Positions 1-9,801 are shown, numbered from the stretch's first letter. The stretch: 64,000 bases of DNA from Gemmatimonas sp. (GCA_031414535.1 JANNVQ010000057.1:1-64000); one strand, 5' to 3'. Numbers and translations are program-made. The notes: generated from the sequence alone by a model not told the origin.

Positions 1-227
1 GGTCGCACTCACATCGAGGCCTAGGTACGTCATCGTCCGGTTCTCCTCGCGTCGGGATCGCGCGCGCCCCACCTTGCGCCATACGGGCTCGGGGCCCCAG
101 TGGCTGTTCGGGCTTCCCGCGATCGGTTCGACGGCGCTCCCTCTTCGTTTCGGGCTAACGCGCCCCGTGGCTCCTTGATCGAGCTGCCGCCGCCCCGAAG
201 ACTTACTAAGAACACTAGGAGACATAC

Positions 228-342
228 AAGGCACGAAGTGTTCTCTGCAAACTGACGGCCCCACAACCCTGAAGAAGCAATGCTTCTTGGAGTTGCGGGG
301 CCGAAAGTTTATTGCGATTCCCTTCGTGCCTTCGTGGTGAAA
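228..342. repeat. REP/MITE-like long nested inverted repeat
   Basis: AAGGCACGAAG 228-238 / CTTCGTGCCTT 322-332; CGGCCCCACAAC 256-267 / GTTGCGGGGCCG 292-303 (11/12); AAGAAGCA 272-279 / TGCTTCTT 281-288. Confidence 0.65.
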
Positions 343-350
343 GCCCCTTC

Positions 351-2519
351 TTAAAGTCGAAAATACTGCGTGTACTTCACCACCAGCGCACCACGCTGCG
401 GCTGACTGAATCGGAAGGCCCCCTCGGGCACCGTCGGCCACACCGAGTTCCACACCACAAACAAATCCGACCCCGGCGACGGCGTCCAGCGCAAACGTGC
501 ATTGACGGCAGCACGGTCAGACTGATCGTCGTACTGCGCGAATCCTGTGAGCGTGAGCCGCGGGTTCACCGCATAGTCGGCACGGAAGCGTCCCGTGTGC
601 GCGATGAAGCTGCCCGTGGGCAAGTCTACATCGTTGCGCTCAAACTCCAACGTGAACTCGTAGTGTGGCTGCACACGCACGCGGGCACTGAGCTCGCCAT
701 CGAGTCGCGTGCCATCGTAAAACTCGCCCCACGAGACTTCGCTGCGGATCACCACCGGCCGAAAGTTGGCGCCAGCGTAGACCATCTCGTAGCGGTTCCA
801 CCAGTACTCACCGGCCGTCACAGAGGCGTTGGGCGCCAGCGTGAAGTTGGTGGTGGGCGCATCGAAGAGGCGATACACATTGAACTCCACGCGATCACCG
901 CTCTGGAACTGCGCCCCAAACGGCCGCACGGTGAAGTTCGCGTTGTCCATTGCGCCGCCATCGCGCCAGACCACGTTGTAGCCGAGCAGGTTGAATTCCC
1001 AGCGGCGGATAAAGCTCGCGTCACGCGGGCGCGGCGTGATAGCCGTGTTGCCTCCGAGTCTCGTGATGCCACGCTGCACCACGAAGCCGAGGGCGGGATC
1101 ATAGGCCTCCTCCACGCGATCATAGCGCACGACGATGTCCGCATGATCGTTGGGATAGTCGACCATCAATCGGTAGTGCGCGCCCGTCGCCCCATCCACA
1201 GAATCGCGGCTCCAGGCCGCATTGCCGAGAACGACGAGGTTGTCGGACTCTCCCACAATGAAGGGGAGATTGAAATCCACGCCACCAGCCACCGAGCCGG
1301 GCTGCGACTCCCGATCACTGTACGTGCCCATAAGACCGACGTAACCGCGGCCAAGGATATCGCGCCGCAGGCGGGCCACGGCGTCGCGCACATCTTCCGT
1401 GCCTCGAGTGGACGCCGCAAGCAGCCCCAGCTGATACGGACCGGCGCGGCCCTGCATACGCGCACCGAACGGGATAGTCTGCGGCGTGCCGTTGGCCAGC
1501 CCGATGCGCCGCGAGTAGAACATCTGTGTCTGCTGTTCGCGGCCAAAGCTGAAGGTGCCCGCGCCTTCGGTAAAGAAGGGACGGCGTTCCGGAAAGAACA
1601 GCGGGAAGCGTGTAAGGTTCACGATCTGCCGGTCAACGTCCGCTTGGGCGAAATCCGGATTCGTCGTCAGGTCTGCCGTCAGCGTGTTGGTGACGGGAAT
1701 CTTGATGTCCAAGCCGGCGCGGCCGAAAACGCGTTCGCCACGGACGATGCTTGAACTACCATCCCCAGCGAACAAACGCTCCACCGGGGCAGCTTGGCCG
1801 AGCAGGTATGGCCGGAACTCCGCGCGAGCGCGGGGCGGTAGAGCGGAGAAACCGGTGACCGTCCCTTCGCGCTCCAAGAAACGAAGCCCTTCCGTACGCC
1901 GCCACCCACGCCAGAGCAACTCTTCGTTGCTACGCGGCAGAAAGCGACGGAAGTTCATCCCCATCTGGCTCACGTCGCGCGGATAGCGCAGCGTGGCCCA
2001 GGGAATCAGCATCTCGGCGGTCCAGCCCTCCGCGTTGATCTGCGTGCGCACGTCCCAGATGCCGTCCCACTCCTCGTTGCCGCTTTCAAAGCTGACATGC
2101 TCACCATCCCACAGGGCGCCGTTGGAATTGGTGCGGAAGTAGAAGGCGGAGCGCTGGTCAGATAGACCATCAATGGCCATCGACACGTAATCGTCGGCGC
2201 GGAGTTCGGCATCACGACGCAACTGCGTGCGCACAATCTTGCCGGGCTCGCGATCGTACAGCCACCACGCAATGACTAAGCCTTCTGGAGTGGCCAGCAG
2301 GCGCACCACGGTGCGCTCGCTCGGTGCAGCACCTTCCACCGGCTCCTTTTGGCGGAACTCCCACACCGAGTCCGCAAGTGCGTAGTCAGGCTCGTCGAGC
2401 ACGCCGTCGAGGCGAATATTTGTGGAGATTGTGCGCACCTTAGCGCCGGCTTGCGCCGTGGCGAGAGTGGCGGGAATGGCGAGGAGCGCGAAGGCCAGCG
2501 CGGCAGGGCGGAATAGCAT
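351..2519 (-). CDS. DUF5916 / carbohydrate-binding family 9-like domain outer-membrane protein
   Basis: N-terminal IRLDGVLDEPD...WTAEMLIPW CBM9-like domain; NPDFAQADVD..NLTRFPLFFPERRPFFTEG and FYSRRIG motifs; signal peptide from ATG 2519 (ORF track start extended upstream). Confidence 0.85.
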   Translation of the reverse strand: MLFRPAALAFALLAIPATLATAQAGAKVRTISTNIRLDGVLDEPDYALADSVWEFRQKEPVEGAAPSERTVVRLLATPEGLVIAWWLYDREPGKIVRTQLRRDAELRADDYVSMAIDGLSDQRSAFYFRTNSNGALWDGEHVSFESGNEEWDGIWDVRTQINAEGWTAEMLIPWATLRYPRDVSQMGMNFRRFLPRSNEELLWRGWRRTEGLRFLEREGTVTGFSALPPRARAEFRPYLLGQAAPVERLFAGDGSSSIVRGERVFGRAGLDIKIPVTNTLTADLTTNPDFAQADVDRQIVNLTRFPLFFPERRPFFTEGAGTFSFGREQQTQMFYSRRIGLANGTPQTIPFGARMQGRAGPYQLGLLAASTRGTEDVRDAVARLRRDILGRGYVGLMGTYSDRESQPGSVAGGVDFNLPFIVGESDNLVVLGNAAWSRDSVDGATGAHYRLMVDYPNDHADIVVRYDRVEEAYDPALGFVVQRGITRLGGNTAITPRPRDASFIRRWEFNLLGYNVVWRDGGAMDNANFTVRPFGAQFQSGDRVEFNVYRLFDAPTTNFTLAPNASVTAGEYWWNRYEMVYAGANFRPVVIRSEVSWGEFYDGTRLDGELSARVRVQPHYEFTLEFERNDVDLPTGSFIAHTGRFRADYAVNPRLTLTGFAQYDDQSDRAAVNARLRWTPSPGSDLFVVWNSVWPTVPEGAFRFSQPQRGALVVKYTQYFRL

Positions 2520-2599
2520 CGTGCGCAACTTACGCGCGAGGCTCGCAGAAGGCTGAAAGTTTTCCTGACAGAGAAGTCGAAACGTGGGCCTTAACTGCT

Positions 2600-2629
2600 T
2601 TTCACCACGGAGGCCCGGAGGCTCGGAGA
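2600..2629 (+). repeat. Degenerate end of the same REP-like family as 228-342; 8-mer units CNCGGAGR x3
   Basis: TTTCACCACGGAGGCCCGGAG (2600-2620) matches the reverse complement of 322-342 at 18/21. Confidence 0.55.
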
Positions 2630-2725
2630 CGGCAACAGCCACTGCACGGCTTGGGGAACAGCAACGAAGCTTGCTTCTGGGACCTCGGCGAGCTGTTAGG
2701 GTAGACTTCAGGGCAGGCCTCTGTT

Positions 2726-2760
2726 CCTCGACCCTCTGCCCTGACTCCTGTGCCCTCCTT
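2726..2760 (+). repeat. Degenerate 7-bp tandem array (CCTNNNN x5)
   Basis: CCTCGAC CCTCTGC CCTGACT CCTGTGC CCTCCTT. Confidence 0.5.
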
Positions 2761-4375
2761 GTCTCTAATTTCCCTCCGCTCGCTCCTCGGGACGCTCGTG
2801 CTTGATGCGGCGTCCTTGCCCGCGCAAGAGATTAAGGAGCGCGAGATTCGCGCGCACCTCGAATTTCTTTCCAGCGATCTGCTTGAAGGACGCGCTCCGG
2901 CATCGCGCGGCGGCGCCCTCACCGAGAGCTACCTCGCGGCCCATTTGCGGTACCTAGGCCTCGAGCCCGCTAACAATGGCTCGTACCTGCAGCGGGTACC
3001 GATTGATGTGGTGGGTGCAGCACCGCGCAGCGTGCGCGCGGCTGCCTCCGGCCGCGCAACGGCTCAGCTCCGCTACCCGAATGACGTGGTGGTCTGGGCC
3101 GGCAGCTCCGTCGAGACGAGCGCCGCCAAGGCACCGGTGGTATTCGTGGGCTACGGCGTGAACGCGCCAGAGTTCCGCTGGGATGACTTCAAGGGCGTGG
3201 ACGTACGCGGTAAGATCCTGCTCGTGCTCGTGAACGATCCGCCGGCGCCCGCGCGCGAGCCGCAGCTGTTTGGTGGCAATGCCATGACCTATTACGGGCG
3301 CTGGACCTACAAGTTCGAGGAAGCCGAGCGTCGCGGTGCTGCAGGGATGCTCATCGTGCACAACACCGAACGCGCGGGCTACGGCTGGGCCACTGTGGTA
3401 GGCTCTTGGGCTAAGGAGCAGCGCATGCTTCCGCGCGACCCACAGTTGCCGGCTCCACTCGGTGTACGCGGCTGGATCACCGAAGCCAGCGCCGGCGCGT
3501 TGCTCCGCCAGGCAGGCTTAGACTTGGAACGCCTGCGCCGCGACGCCGAGTCGCGAAGCTTCCGCCCTGTAGAAACCGGCATCTCGCTCGACATCGGCTT
3601 CACCAACTCGGTGCAGCACCTCGAGAGCTTCAATGTGGTGGGACGCATTCCGGGTGCCGATACCTCAGCCAACAAGGAGCACATCCTGCTCTCGGCGCAC
3701 TGGGATCACTTAGGCATCGGGCCCGCGGTGAATGGCGACAGCATCTACAACGGTGCGCTCGACAACGCGTCGGGCACGGCCAACCTCTTGGCGCTCTCCC
3801 ACGCATTGGCGCACGGACCCAAGATGCAGCGCTCGGTGCTCGTGGCTTTCGTAACGGCCGAGGAGAGTGGCTTGCTCGGCTCAGAGTATCTCTCGCTCAA
3901 TCCCTTGGTGCCGACTGACATGATTGTTGCGAATCTCAACATCGATGGCGGCAACGTACTGGGCGAGACGCGGGACCTGAACGTGTTGGGCGACACCAAG
4001 AGCTCGCTGGGACCGCAGATTGCGGAATTGATCCGGCCGCAGGGTATGAGACTGTCACCCGATGATCATCCGGAGCGCGGATACTTCTACCGCTCAGATC
4101 ACTTTGCGTTTGCGAAGGTCGGGGTGCCCGCAGTGTCTATTGGTGAAGGTTCTGATTTTGTGGGACGTCCGGCGGGATGGGGCGCTGAGCAGAATGAGGA
4201 CTACACGGTGAATCGGTATCACCAGCCAGGCGATGCGTACCGTGCAGATTGGGACCTAAAGGGCGCGGTGCAGTTGACGGGCATCGTGCTGGAGATGACG
4301 CGAAGCCTCGCGAACTCGCGCGAGTGGCCGGTGTGGGCGAGTGAGGCGGAGTTTAGGCGCGCACCGAAGATGTGA
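2750..4375 (+). CDS. M28 family metallopeptidase with PA domain
   Basis: SAHWDHLG, IYNGALDNASG, TAEESGLLGS, NIDG, YRSDH, YHQPGD motifs; PA insert VVFVGYGV..DDFKGVDVRGK. Confidence 0.92.
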   Translation: MPSLSLISLRSLLGTLVLDAASLPAQEIKEREIRAHLEFLSSDLLEGRAPASRGGALTESYLAAHLRYLGLEPANNGSYLQRVPIDVVGAAPRSVRAAASGRATAQLRYPNDVVVWAGSSVETSAAKAPVVFVGYGVNAPEFRWDDFKGVDVRGKILLVLVNDPPAPAREPQLFGGNAMTYYGRWTYKFEEAERRGAAGMLIVHNTERAGYGWATVVGSWAKEQRMLPRDPQLPAPLGVRGWITEASAGALLRQAGLDLERLRRDAESRSFRPVETGISLDIGFTNSVQHLESFNVVGRIPGADTSANKEHILLSAHWDHLGIGPAVNGDSIYNGALDNASGTANLLALSHALAHGPKMQRSVLVAFVTAEESGLLGSEYLSLNPLVPTDMIVANLNIDGGNVLGETRDLNVLGDTKSSLGPQIAELIRPQGMRLSPDDHPERGYFYRSDHFAFAKVGVPAVSIGEGSDFVGRPAGWGAEQNEDYTVNRYHQPGDAYRADWDLKGAVQLTGIVLEMTRSLANSREWPVWASEAEFRRAPKM

Positions 4376-4383
4376 GTGGGAAC

Positions 4384-4406
4384 GGGACGGAAGACGGATG
4401 ATGGAA
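4384..4406 (+). repeat. GAYGGAW heptamer array, copy 1
   Basis: GG GACGGAA GACGGAT GATGGAA; first 18 nt identical to 50045-50062. Confidence 0.6.
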
Positions 4407-4432
4407 GGGGCTCGAACTCAGAGGATGGCGTG

Positions 4433-5218
4433 ATGCGAAGATTTTGCGGTTGGGATTTTCTTGTTGTGGCTTCCGTCTTGTCGCTCGGCGCACCCGCGCT
4501 CGAGGCTCAGTCGGTTTCTCAAGACTCGGTGCGCGCTTCGATTGAGCGCGCAGTGATTGGGGCGGATTGGGCGTCTTTGGAGCGGGCTACGAGTCAGCTG
4601 AGAGCAGCGACTCTAACTGCCGCCGGACGTGCGGATGCTTGGCTGCACTATGACCTCGCGTATTCACTGCACCGGCGGGCGAGTGGGTTGATGGTTGAAG
4701 AGAAGACGGAACCGGCCAAGACGATGCTCGAGGAGGCGGTGCGCGTTGCCGCTCGCGCCCGGGAACTGGGAGCCGGAGCGCAGGCGGAGGCTCTCGAAGG
4801 CGCGGTCACGGGGCAGCTCGCTGGGGCTTCCGGAGGCTTGGGCATGATGCGGCTCGGGCGGGCGTCGTTCCGTCTCCTCGATGCGGCCATCGCGGCGGCA
4901 CCCAATGACCCACGCGTGGCCCTGCTCAACGGGGTGTCTCGGGTAAATGCGCCCGCCTTCGCAGGCGGTGGGCCCGTGCGAGGGGAAGCGGAATTGCGGC
5001 GAGCCCTGACGCTCTTCGCCAACGATCGGGCCAGAGGTCCTCAACCCACCTGGGGCCGTGCCGACGCCCACATTTGGCTGTCCATCGCGCTCGAGAAACA
5101 GGGCAAGCTGGCCGAGGCCCAGGCCGAGCTCACTCGGGCGCTTGCCCTAGCGCCCGGGCACCGCTGGATCGTAGAGACCTTGCAGCCGGCGCTCGCGCGA
5201 CGGGCCGCAGCACGGTAG
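4433..5218 (+). CDS. Exported TPR-like helical protein, function unknown
   Basis: GAGGA RBS at 4421, signal peptide ending ALEAQ, TPR-like C-terminus (AHIWLSIALEKQGKLAEAQAELTRALALAPG). Confidence 0.7.
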   Translation: MRRFCGWDFLVVASVLSLGAPALEAQSVSQDSVRASIERAVIGADWASLERATSQLRAATLTAAGRADAWLHYDLAYSLHRRASGLMVEEKTEPAKTMLEEAVRVAARARELGAGAQAEALEGAVTGQLAGASGGLGMMRLGRASFRLLDAAIAAAPNDPRVALLNGVSRVNAPAFAGGGPVRGEAELRRALTLFANDRARGPQPTWGRADAHIWLSIALEKQGKLAEAQAELTRALALAPGHRWIVETLQPALARRAAAR

Positions 5219-5250
5219 GATTTAGACAACCTCTATACGGAGTGTTGGTG

Positions 5251-5427
5251 ATGTCCGGTCTCGACGACAAGTCGATTCAAAACCTCGTCAAGAAAATGCA
5301 GAAGCAGGTGAAGCCGAAGAATACGGAGGCAAAAACCTACGATTCGACGGCTCCGCAACGCGTGACCGACGATAAGGAACAAGAGACCGAGCGGATGTTT
5401 AAAGAAATGAAGCGCCGCGAGTTCTAA
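5251..5427 (+). CDS. Small (58 aa) highly charged hypothetical protein
   Basis: GGAG at 5239-5242, ATG 5251, GC3-biased codons; MSGLDDKSIQNLVKKMQ...MFKEMKRREF. Confidence 0.65.
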   Translation: MSGLDDKSIQNLVKKMQKQVKPKNTEAKTYDSTAPQRVTDDKEQETERMFKEMKRREF

Positions 5428-5457
5428 ACTCGCGGCGCTTCGGCGCTTCTTAGCAAC

Positions 5458-5484
5458 GCAGGCGGTGCCACTCGCACCGCCTGC
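5458..5484. terminator. Hairpin between convergent genes
   Basis: GCAGGCGGTGC-cactc-GCACCGCCTGC perfect 11-bp stem. Confidence 0.6.
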
Positions 5485-5497
5485 TTATCAGACCGAT

Positions 5498-6670
5498 TTA
5501 CAGTCCCGCTGCGAGGCGCAAGAGAATTGCGGCCTCGTCGGCACTCAGCGACTTGTTGGTCTGTGCCCGCACGTGATTCGCAAATGATTTGTTGCCGTTG
5601 CGGAGCACGTTGCACAGCGCGTTGCCCTGACCAGCGCTGCTCGCGAACTGGCGTGCCAAGGCGCACACATCTGCGGCACTCGCGACGACGGTGAAGCTGG
5701 TGCTGGCATTTGCGATGTTGCCTGCAATGTCCTGGGCGCTTGCGTTCAAGGTGTTGGCGCCGAGCGCGAAGGTGTAGGCCGGCGCGTCTACCGAGGGGCA
5801 GCTCGCCGTGGCGAGGCCTGAACCGGCATCGGTCGCGATGCAGCTGATGCTCACTTGAGCGAGGATCGAGTAGGTACCAGCATTTCCGCTGAACGTGATG
5901 ACGGGCGCGTCACGGTCGCTTGGCCCCTCGCCATCGCCGCCCTCGTCACCGCCACCATTTTCGCCGGAGGGCACCGCGAGCGTGTCCACGCGCGCGGCCG
6001 GAGCGGTTGGCGGACTGAGTGACGGCTGGCCGGCGTTCACGACCACGTTGCCGACTTCAACCAAAAAGAGCGCGCGCTGTTGATTAGCCTGCAAGCGCGC
6101 GAAGCCCTGCGATTCCCACAGCGGCGCGGAGAGATCCGCCGTGCGGAAATCTTCGAAGATAAAGCGGCCCGCCTCGTTGTACGAACCACCGCCAGTCTCA
6201 CAGATCGCAGGCGCCGCGGTCGGCAAGTCTGCGCTCACCGGTAGCGTGGTGACGATGCCGCAGTGCAACGACGCCCCAGCCGCCGTGTTGCGCACCACGA
6301 CTTGGAGATCACCGGCCCCTAGGGCGTTGTCGCCGTTATCAATGAAGAAGCGAACGTACATGTTCTGCACATCGGCGATTGGCGCACCGCCATGCGAGAC
6401 GGCGCCGAGAAAATCGAGCTGTCCGCCAAACTGCGTGATCACCAAGCGCCAGTCGGAAATTCCAGGCGGCAATGCGCCCAGCGTGGGATCGTATTGGTAG
6501 ACCGAGCTTGAAAAGGACTGGCAGATGGGGTCGGCGGGATCCGCACAGACCTTGGCTTCAATAACCGGCGCCACGCGCCCAAACACGTCGGGACTGACGG
6601 GGACGTCGCAAGCAGCCAGTGTGGCGAGCACAGATAACGCGCCAATGGCGCGTAGGGATGTCAGACGCAT
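5498..6670 (-). CDS. Lipoprotein with C-terminal Ig-like and FIMAH-like domains
   Basis: Lipobox LAAC; DAPVITF..ATDAGSG..AQDIAGN Ig/HYR-like segment; FANHVRAQTNKSLSADEAAILL FIMAH-like helix pair. Confidence 0.65.
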   Translation of the reverse strand: MRLTSLRAIGALSVLATLAACDVPVSPDVFGRVAPVIEAKVCADPADPICQSFSSSVYQYDPTLGALPPGISDWRLVITQFGGQLDFLGAVSHGGAPIADVQNMYVRFFIDNGDNALGAGDLQVVVRNTAAGASLHCGIVTTLPVSADLPTAAPAICETGGGSYNEAGRFIFEDFRTADLSAPLWESQGFARLQANQQRALFLVEVGNVVVNAGQPSLSPPTAPAARVDTLAVPSGENGGGDEGGDGEGPSDRDAPVITFSGNAGTYSILAQVSISCIATDAGSGLATASCPSVDAPAYTFALGANTLNASAQDIAGNIANASTSFTVVASAADVCALARQFASSAGQGNALCNVLRNGNKSFANHVRAQTNKSLSADEAAILLRLAAGL

Positions 6671-6717
6671 CTTTCGACCAGTCCTATAGGTATCTCGTGT
6701 GGACATGCAAAAGCCTT

Positions 6718-6777
6718 ACATCGGTAAAAATATTGACACCGATGTTCGCCACAAGAAATCTATATCACAATCTGATA
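6718..6777. promoter_or_regulatory. Candidate operator palindromes upstream of the lipoprotein gene
   Basis: ACATCGGT-N12-ACCGATGT (6718-6745) and TATCA-N5-TGATA (6763-6777) in an AT-rich spacer. Confidence 0.45.
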
Positions 6778-6782
6778 GTTAT

Positions 6783-8060
6783 TTAGCGAAGAACTGCGCG
6801 AATCGAGTCCACGGATCCGTCGTTTGGAGCGGGCCGCAGGCCCAGCAGGCGTGCCGTCAGCGCATAGACGTGGACGTTCCGGAAAGCCGGCGTCACTCGG
6901 CCGCGCGCGAGTTCGGGGCCCGCAGCCACGAACAGGGCCCCCATGTTTTCGAGCGCCGGATCGTAACCGTGCGCCCCACCACCGCGCCAGTTGGTCTCTC
7001 GCCAGAGATTCACCTGCGCTCGCGATGTGATGATCCATCCGTCCGCCGCCGCCGCAACAATCTCCGTGATGCGGGGGTGCGCATTGAAATGATAGCGGGC
7101 TGGAACCTCTCCCTTCCGATACACAGCCATCTGTGGATGCGCGTTCTTGAGACGTGCATACACCCGCTCCATGGCACCCGGTCGCGGCGCAATCGCCGCA
7201 ACAGGCGTCCAGTCCACCACATCAACGTCCTCGAGTGCGATGTAGTCATCGAGCACAATCACACGCTCAGGTGACACGGGCGTCATCCCGTGATCGCTGA
7301 CGACGATGATGTGCACTGCATCCGTGAGACCACGCGCGGCGATGCCATCTATCAAGGCACCAAGCGAGCGGTCCACCATCGCAATCGCCGAGTCTACTTC
7401 TGGTGCTGACGGACCGAAGCTGTGTCCTGCACCATCCACATCGTGGAAGTACGCCAGCATGAGCGTCGGCGCGGAGTCCGCTGGAAGCGAGAGCCAATTC
7501 AGAATCTTTTGGACTTTTTCCTCGTGCGGCTGTTCGTGCCAATACCGCTGCCACCAACTCGGACGGACTCCCCCGATGGCCGCCTCGGATCCCGGCCAGC
7601 CGACCACCGCCGCGCGTTGGCCCTGCTTCTCTGCCGTCACCCAGATGGGCTCCCCACTCCACCAGCGCGCTTCACCCTGCGCCAGCGTATCGCGCAGCGT
7701 GAAGGTGCCCAGCACGGGATCCCGCATGGCATTGGCCACGATGCCGTGATGCTCTGGCGTGAGGCCCGTGACGATGCTGTAGTGATTGGGGAAGGTCTTG
7801 GAGGGAAACGCGGGAATCAGGCGCTCAGCGCGCACACCACGCGCCGCGAGTTCACGCAGGCGTACGGCACCGGGGCGATTGATGTAGTCCCATCGAAAGC
7901 CGTCGAAGGAGATGAGAATCACCCGAGCTGGCGGCGCAGACTCTACTCGCGTCGCTGCGGCCCGCGGCTGACACGCGAGCAGGACGAGCAGGAGCAGCGC
8001 CCAGAGCGTGCTTCCTCCTTGCAGCTCCCGGCGATTCGCTCGCCCCGAGGTTCCCATCAC
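6783..8060 (-). CDS. Ectonucleotide pyrophosphatase/phosphodiesterase (alkaline phosphatase superfamily)
   Basis: ISFDGFR, PSKTFPNHYSIVTG (catalytic Thr), DGAGH, VSDHGM, GAHGYD motifs. Confidence 0.92.
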   Translation of the reverse strand: MMGTSGRANRRELQGGSTLWALLLLVLLACQPRAAATRVESAPPARVILISFDGFRWDYINRPGAVRLRELAARGVRAERLIPAFPSKTFPNHYSIVTGLTPEHHGIVANAMRDPVLGTFTLRDTLAQGEARWWSGEPIWVTAEKQGQRAAVVGWPGSEAAIGGVRPSWWQRYWHEQPHEEKVQKILNWLSLPADSAPTLMLAYFHDVDGAGHSFGPSAPEVDSAIAMVDRSLGALIDGIAARGLTDAVHIIVVSDHGMTPVSPERVIVLDDYIALEDVDVVDWTPVAAIAPRPGAMERVYARLKNAHPQMAVYRKGEVPARYHFNAHPRITEIVAAAADGWIITSRAQVNLWRETNWRGGGAHGYDPALENMGALFVAAGPELARGRVTPAFRNVHVYALTARLLGLRPAPNDGSVDSIRAVLR

Positions 8061-9775
8061 GAGACTTTCGCTCCCTGCTCATCTTCTTCAGTGAGGAAAC
8101 GTCGGAGAATTTTTCCAATCATAGTCTTGGGCAGTTCATTCTTGAACACCACGCGTACCGGCACCTTGAAGGGCGCCATGCGCTCTTTGCACCACTGCCG
8201 AATATCCGCTGCAGTCACGGTTTGCCCCACGCGGCGCACCACGAAGGCGACGGCAACTTCACCCTGCGCAGCATCGGGGAATCCGCGCACACCCACCTCC
8301 TGCACCGCTGGGTGTGTAGCAATCACTTCTTCAATCTCGCGTGGCCACACCTGCATGCCTCGCATCTTGATGAGGTCCTTCTTCCGATCCACAATAAACA
8401 CGTAGCCATCACTGTCCATGTAGCCAAGGTCAGCGGTGTAGAGCCAGGTATGGCCGTCGGGACCCACGCGGAGCATCTCCTTTGTCTCGGCGTCGTTTTT
8501 CCAGTAGCCGCGCATGATCTGCGGACCACGGAGCAGTATCTCGCCAACCTCGCCGAAGTCCATAGGCTTGGTGGGATCGTCAGCGTCAACGATGCGCAGA
8601 TCGACGTCTGGAAGCGGCGTGCCTACAGAGCCAGGCTTCTGTGGGCCGCGCAGCGGCGAGACTGTGGCCGCAAGCGCAGATTCCGTGAGGGCGTACCCCT
8701 CAAGAATGCGAGCACCCGTCAGGGCCTCAAAGCGTTTCATGGTCTCGAGCATCATCGGTGCGGCGCCCGAGACACAGGCCTTCATAGACTTGAAGTTCAC
8801 TTTGCCGGCCTGCACACGCTTGTGATTCAGGAGCGCGTTGTAGAGGGAAGGCACGCCGCAGAACACGGCCGGCATCGTACTCTCGATGGTCTTCACCAAG
8901 TCGTCAATATCGCGCGGGTTTGGCACGAGCGCGATTGGGTTGTGCCCCAAGAAGCACACCGACTGTACGCCGCAGGCCCCGTAGGAGTGGAACATCGGCA
9001 GCGGCAGGCAGTAGACGCCTTCCCACTTGGGGAGCACGGAGCCGAGCCAGGCATTGACCTGCGTGCCGGTCTGCACGAGGGCGCTGTGATGGATGCGCAC
9101 CGCTTTCGGAGTGCCGGTGGTTCCGCCACTCATCAGGAGCAGGGCATCGTCATCGGCTCCGGCGCGCGGGCCGGCGGGTTTTTGGCCCTCGTGCTTCTTG
9201 AGGAGCGCCGGCAACCACTGATCTTTTTCTCGAAGCTCGGCGCGGTGTCCCATCTTCTTCTCTACGGCGAGGGTGAAGATGAACTTGAGCAGCGGCGGAA
9301 ACCATTCCTTGATATTTGTAGCGATGACGTGCTTCACGGCCGGCACGCGACGCTGCACCGCCTTCATCCGCTCGTAAAACGCCGAGAGCGTGATGACGAC
9401 GGTTGATCCCGTGGTCTCAAGCGGCCCGGTGAGTTCGTCTTCCGTATAAATGGGATTCAGCGGCACGTAGGTGGCGCCGAGCTTCCACGCGGCCAATTCG
9501 GCGATGAAGAATTGCGGGCAGTTAGGCAGGAGGCATGCCAAGCGATCTCCCCGTTTGAGGCCCATCCCGGCGAGAGCCACCGCGAAGGCGTCGGAGGCGT
9601 CACCGAGCTCCCGCCAGCTCACCGCCCTTCCTTTATATAGGAAGGCAGGCGCGTGGGGGCGTTCGGCGAGGGCCTCGTCGATGGCCTCTAGTAGCGTGCC
9701 CGCCGGATAGCTGCCGATGGTCTGGGGCACGCCCAGATCGTAATGCTTGAACCACGGTTGTTGTTGGCCGTTCAT
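8057..9775 (-). CDS. Long-chain fatty acid--CoA ligase
   Basis: SGGTTGTPK P-loop, EGYALTE, TADLGYMDSDGY..DRKKDLIK, LPKTMIGKILRR. Confidence 0.92.
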   Translation of the reverse strand: MNGQQQPWFKHYDLGVPQTIGSYPAGTLLEAIDEALAERPHAPAFLYKGRAVSWRELGDASDAFAVALAGMGLKRGDRLACLLPNCPQFFIAELAAWKLGATYVPLNPIYTEDELTGPLETTGSTVVITLSAFYERMKAVQRRVPAVKHVIATNIKEWFPPLLKFIFTLAVEKKMGHRAELREKDQWLPALLKKHEGQKPAGPRAGADDDALLLMSGGTTGTPKAVRIHHSALVQTGTQVNAWLGSVLPKWEGVYCLPLPMFHSYGACGVQSVCFLGHNPIALVPNPRDIDDLVKTIESTMPAVFCGVPSLYNALLNHKRVQAGKVNFKSMKACVSGAAPMMLETMKRFEALTGARILEGYALTESALAATVSPLRGPQKPGSVGTPLPDVDLRIVDADDPTKPMDFGEVGEILLRGPQIMRGYWKNDAETKEMLRVGPDGHTWLYTADLGYMDSDGYVFIVDRKKDLIKMRGMQVWPREIEEVIATHPAVQEVGVRGFPDAAQGEVAVAFVVRRVGQTVTAADIRQWCKERMAPFKVPVRVVFKNELPKTMIGKILRRFLTEEDEQGAKVS

Positions 9776-9801
9776 AGTGGGTACGGAGTAGATTGCTGAA
9801 T

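Noticed and set aside
312..1754. 480-aa plus-strand ORF and many similar long antisense ORFs (e.g. 8222-9406, 14815-15801, 21572-22915, 38750-40216, 61898-62998)
   Set aside because: They are shadows of well-supported genes on the opposite strand, expected in high-GC DNA; no motifs or start signals
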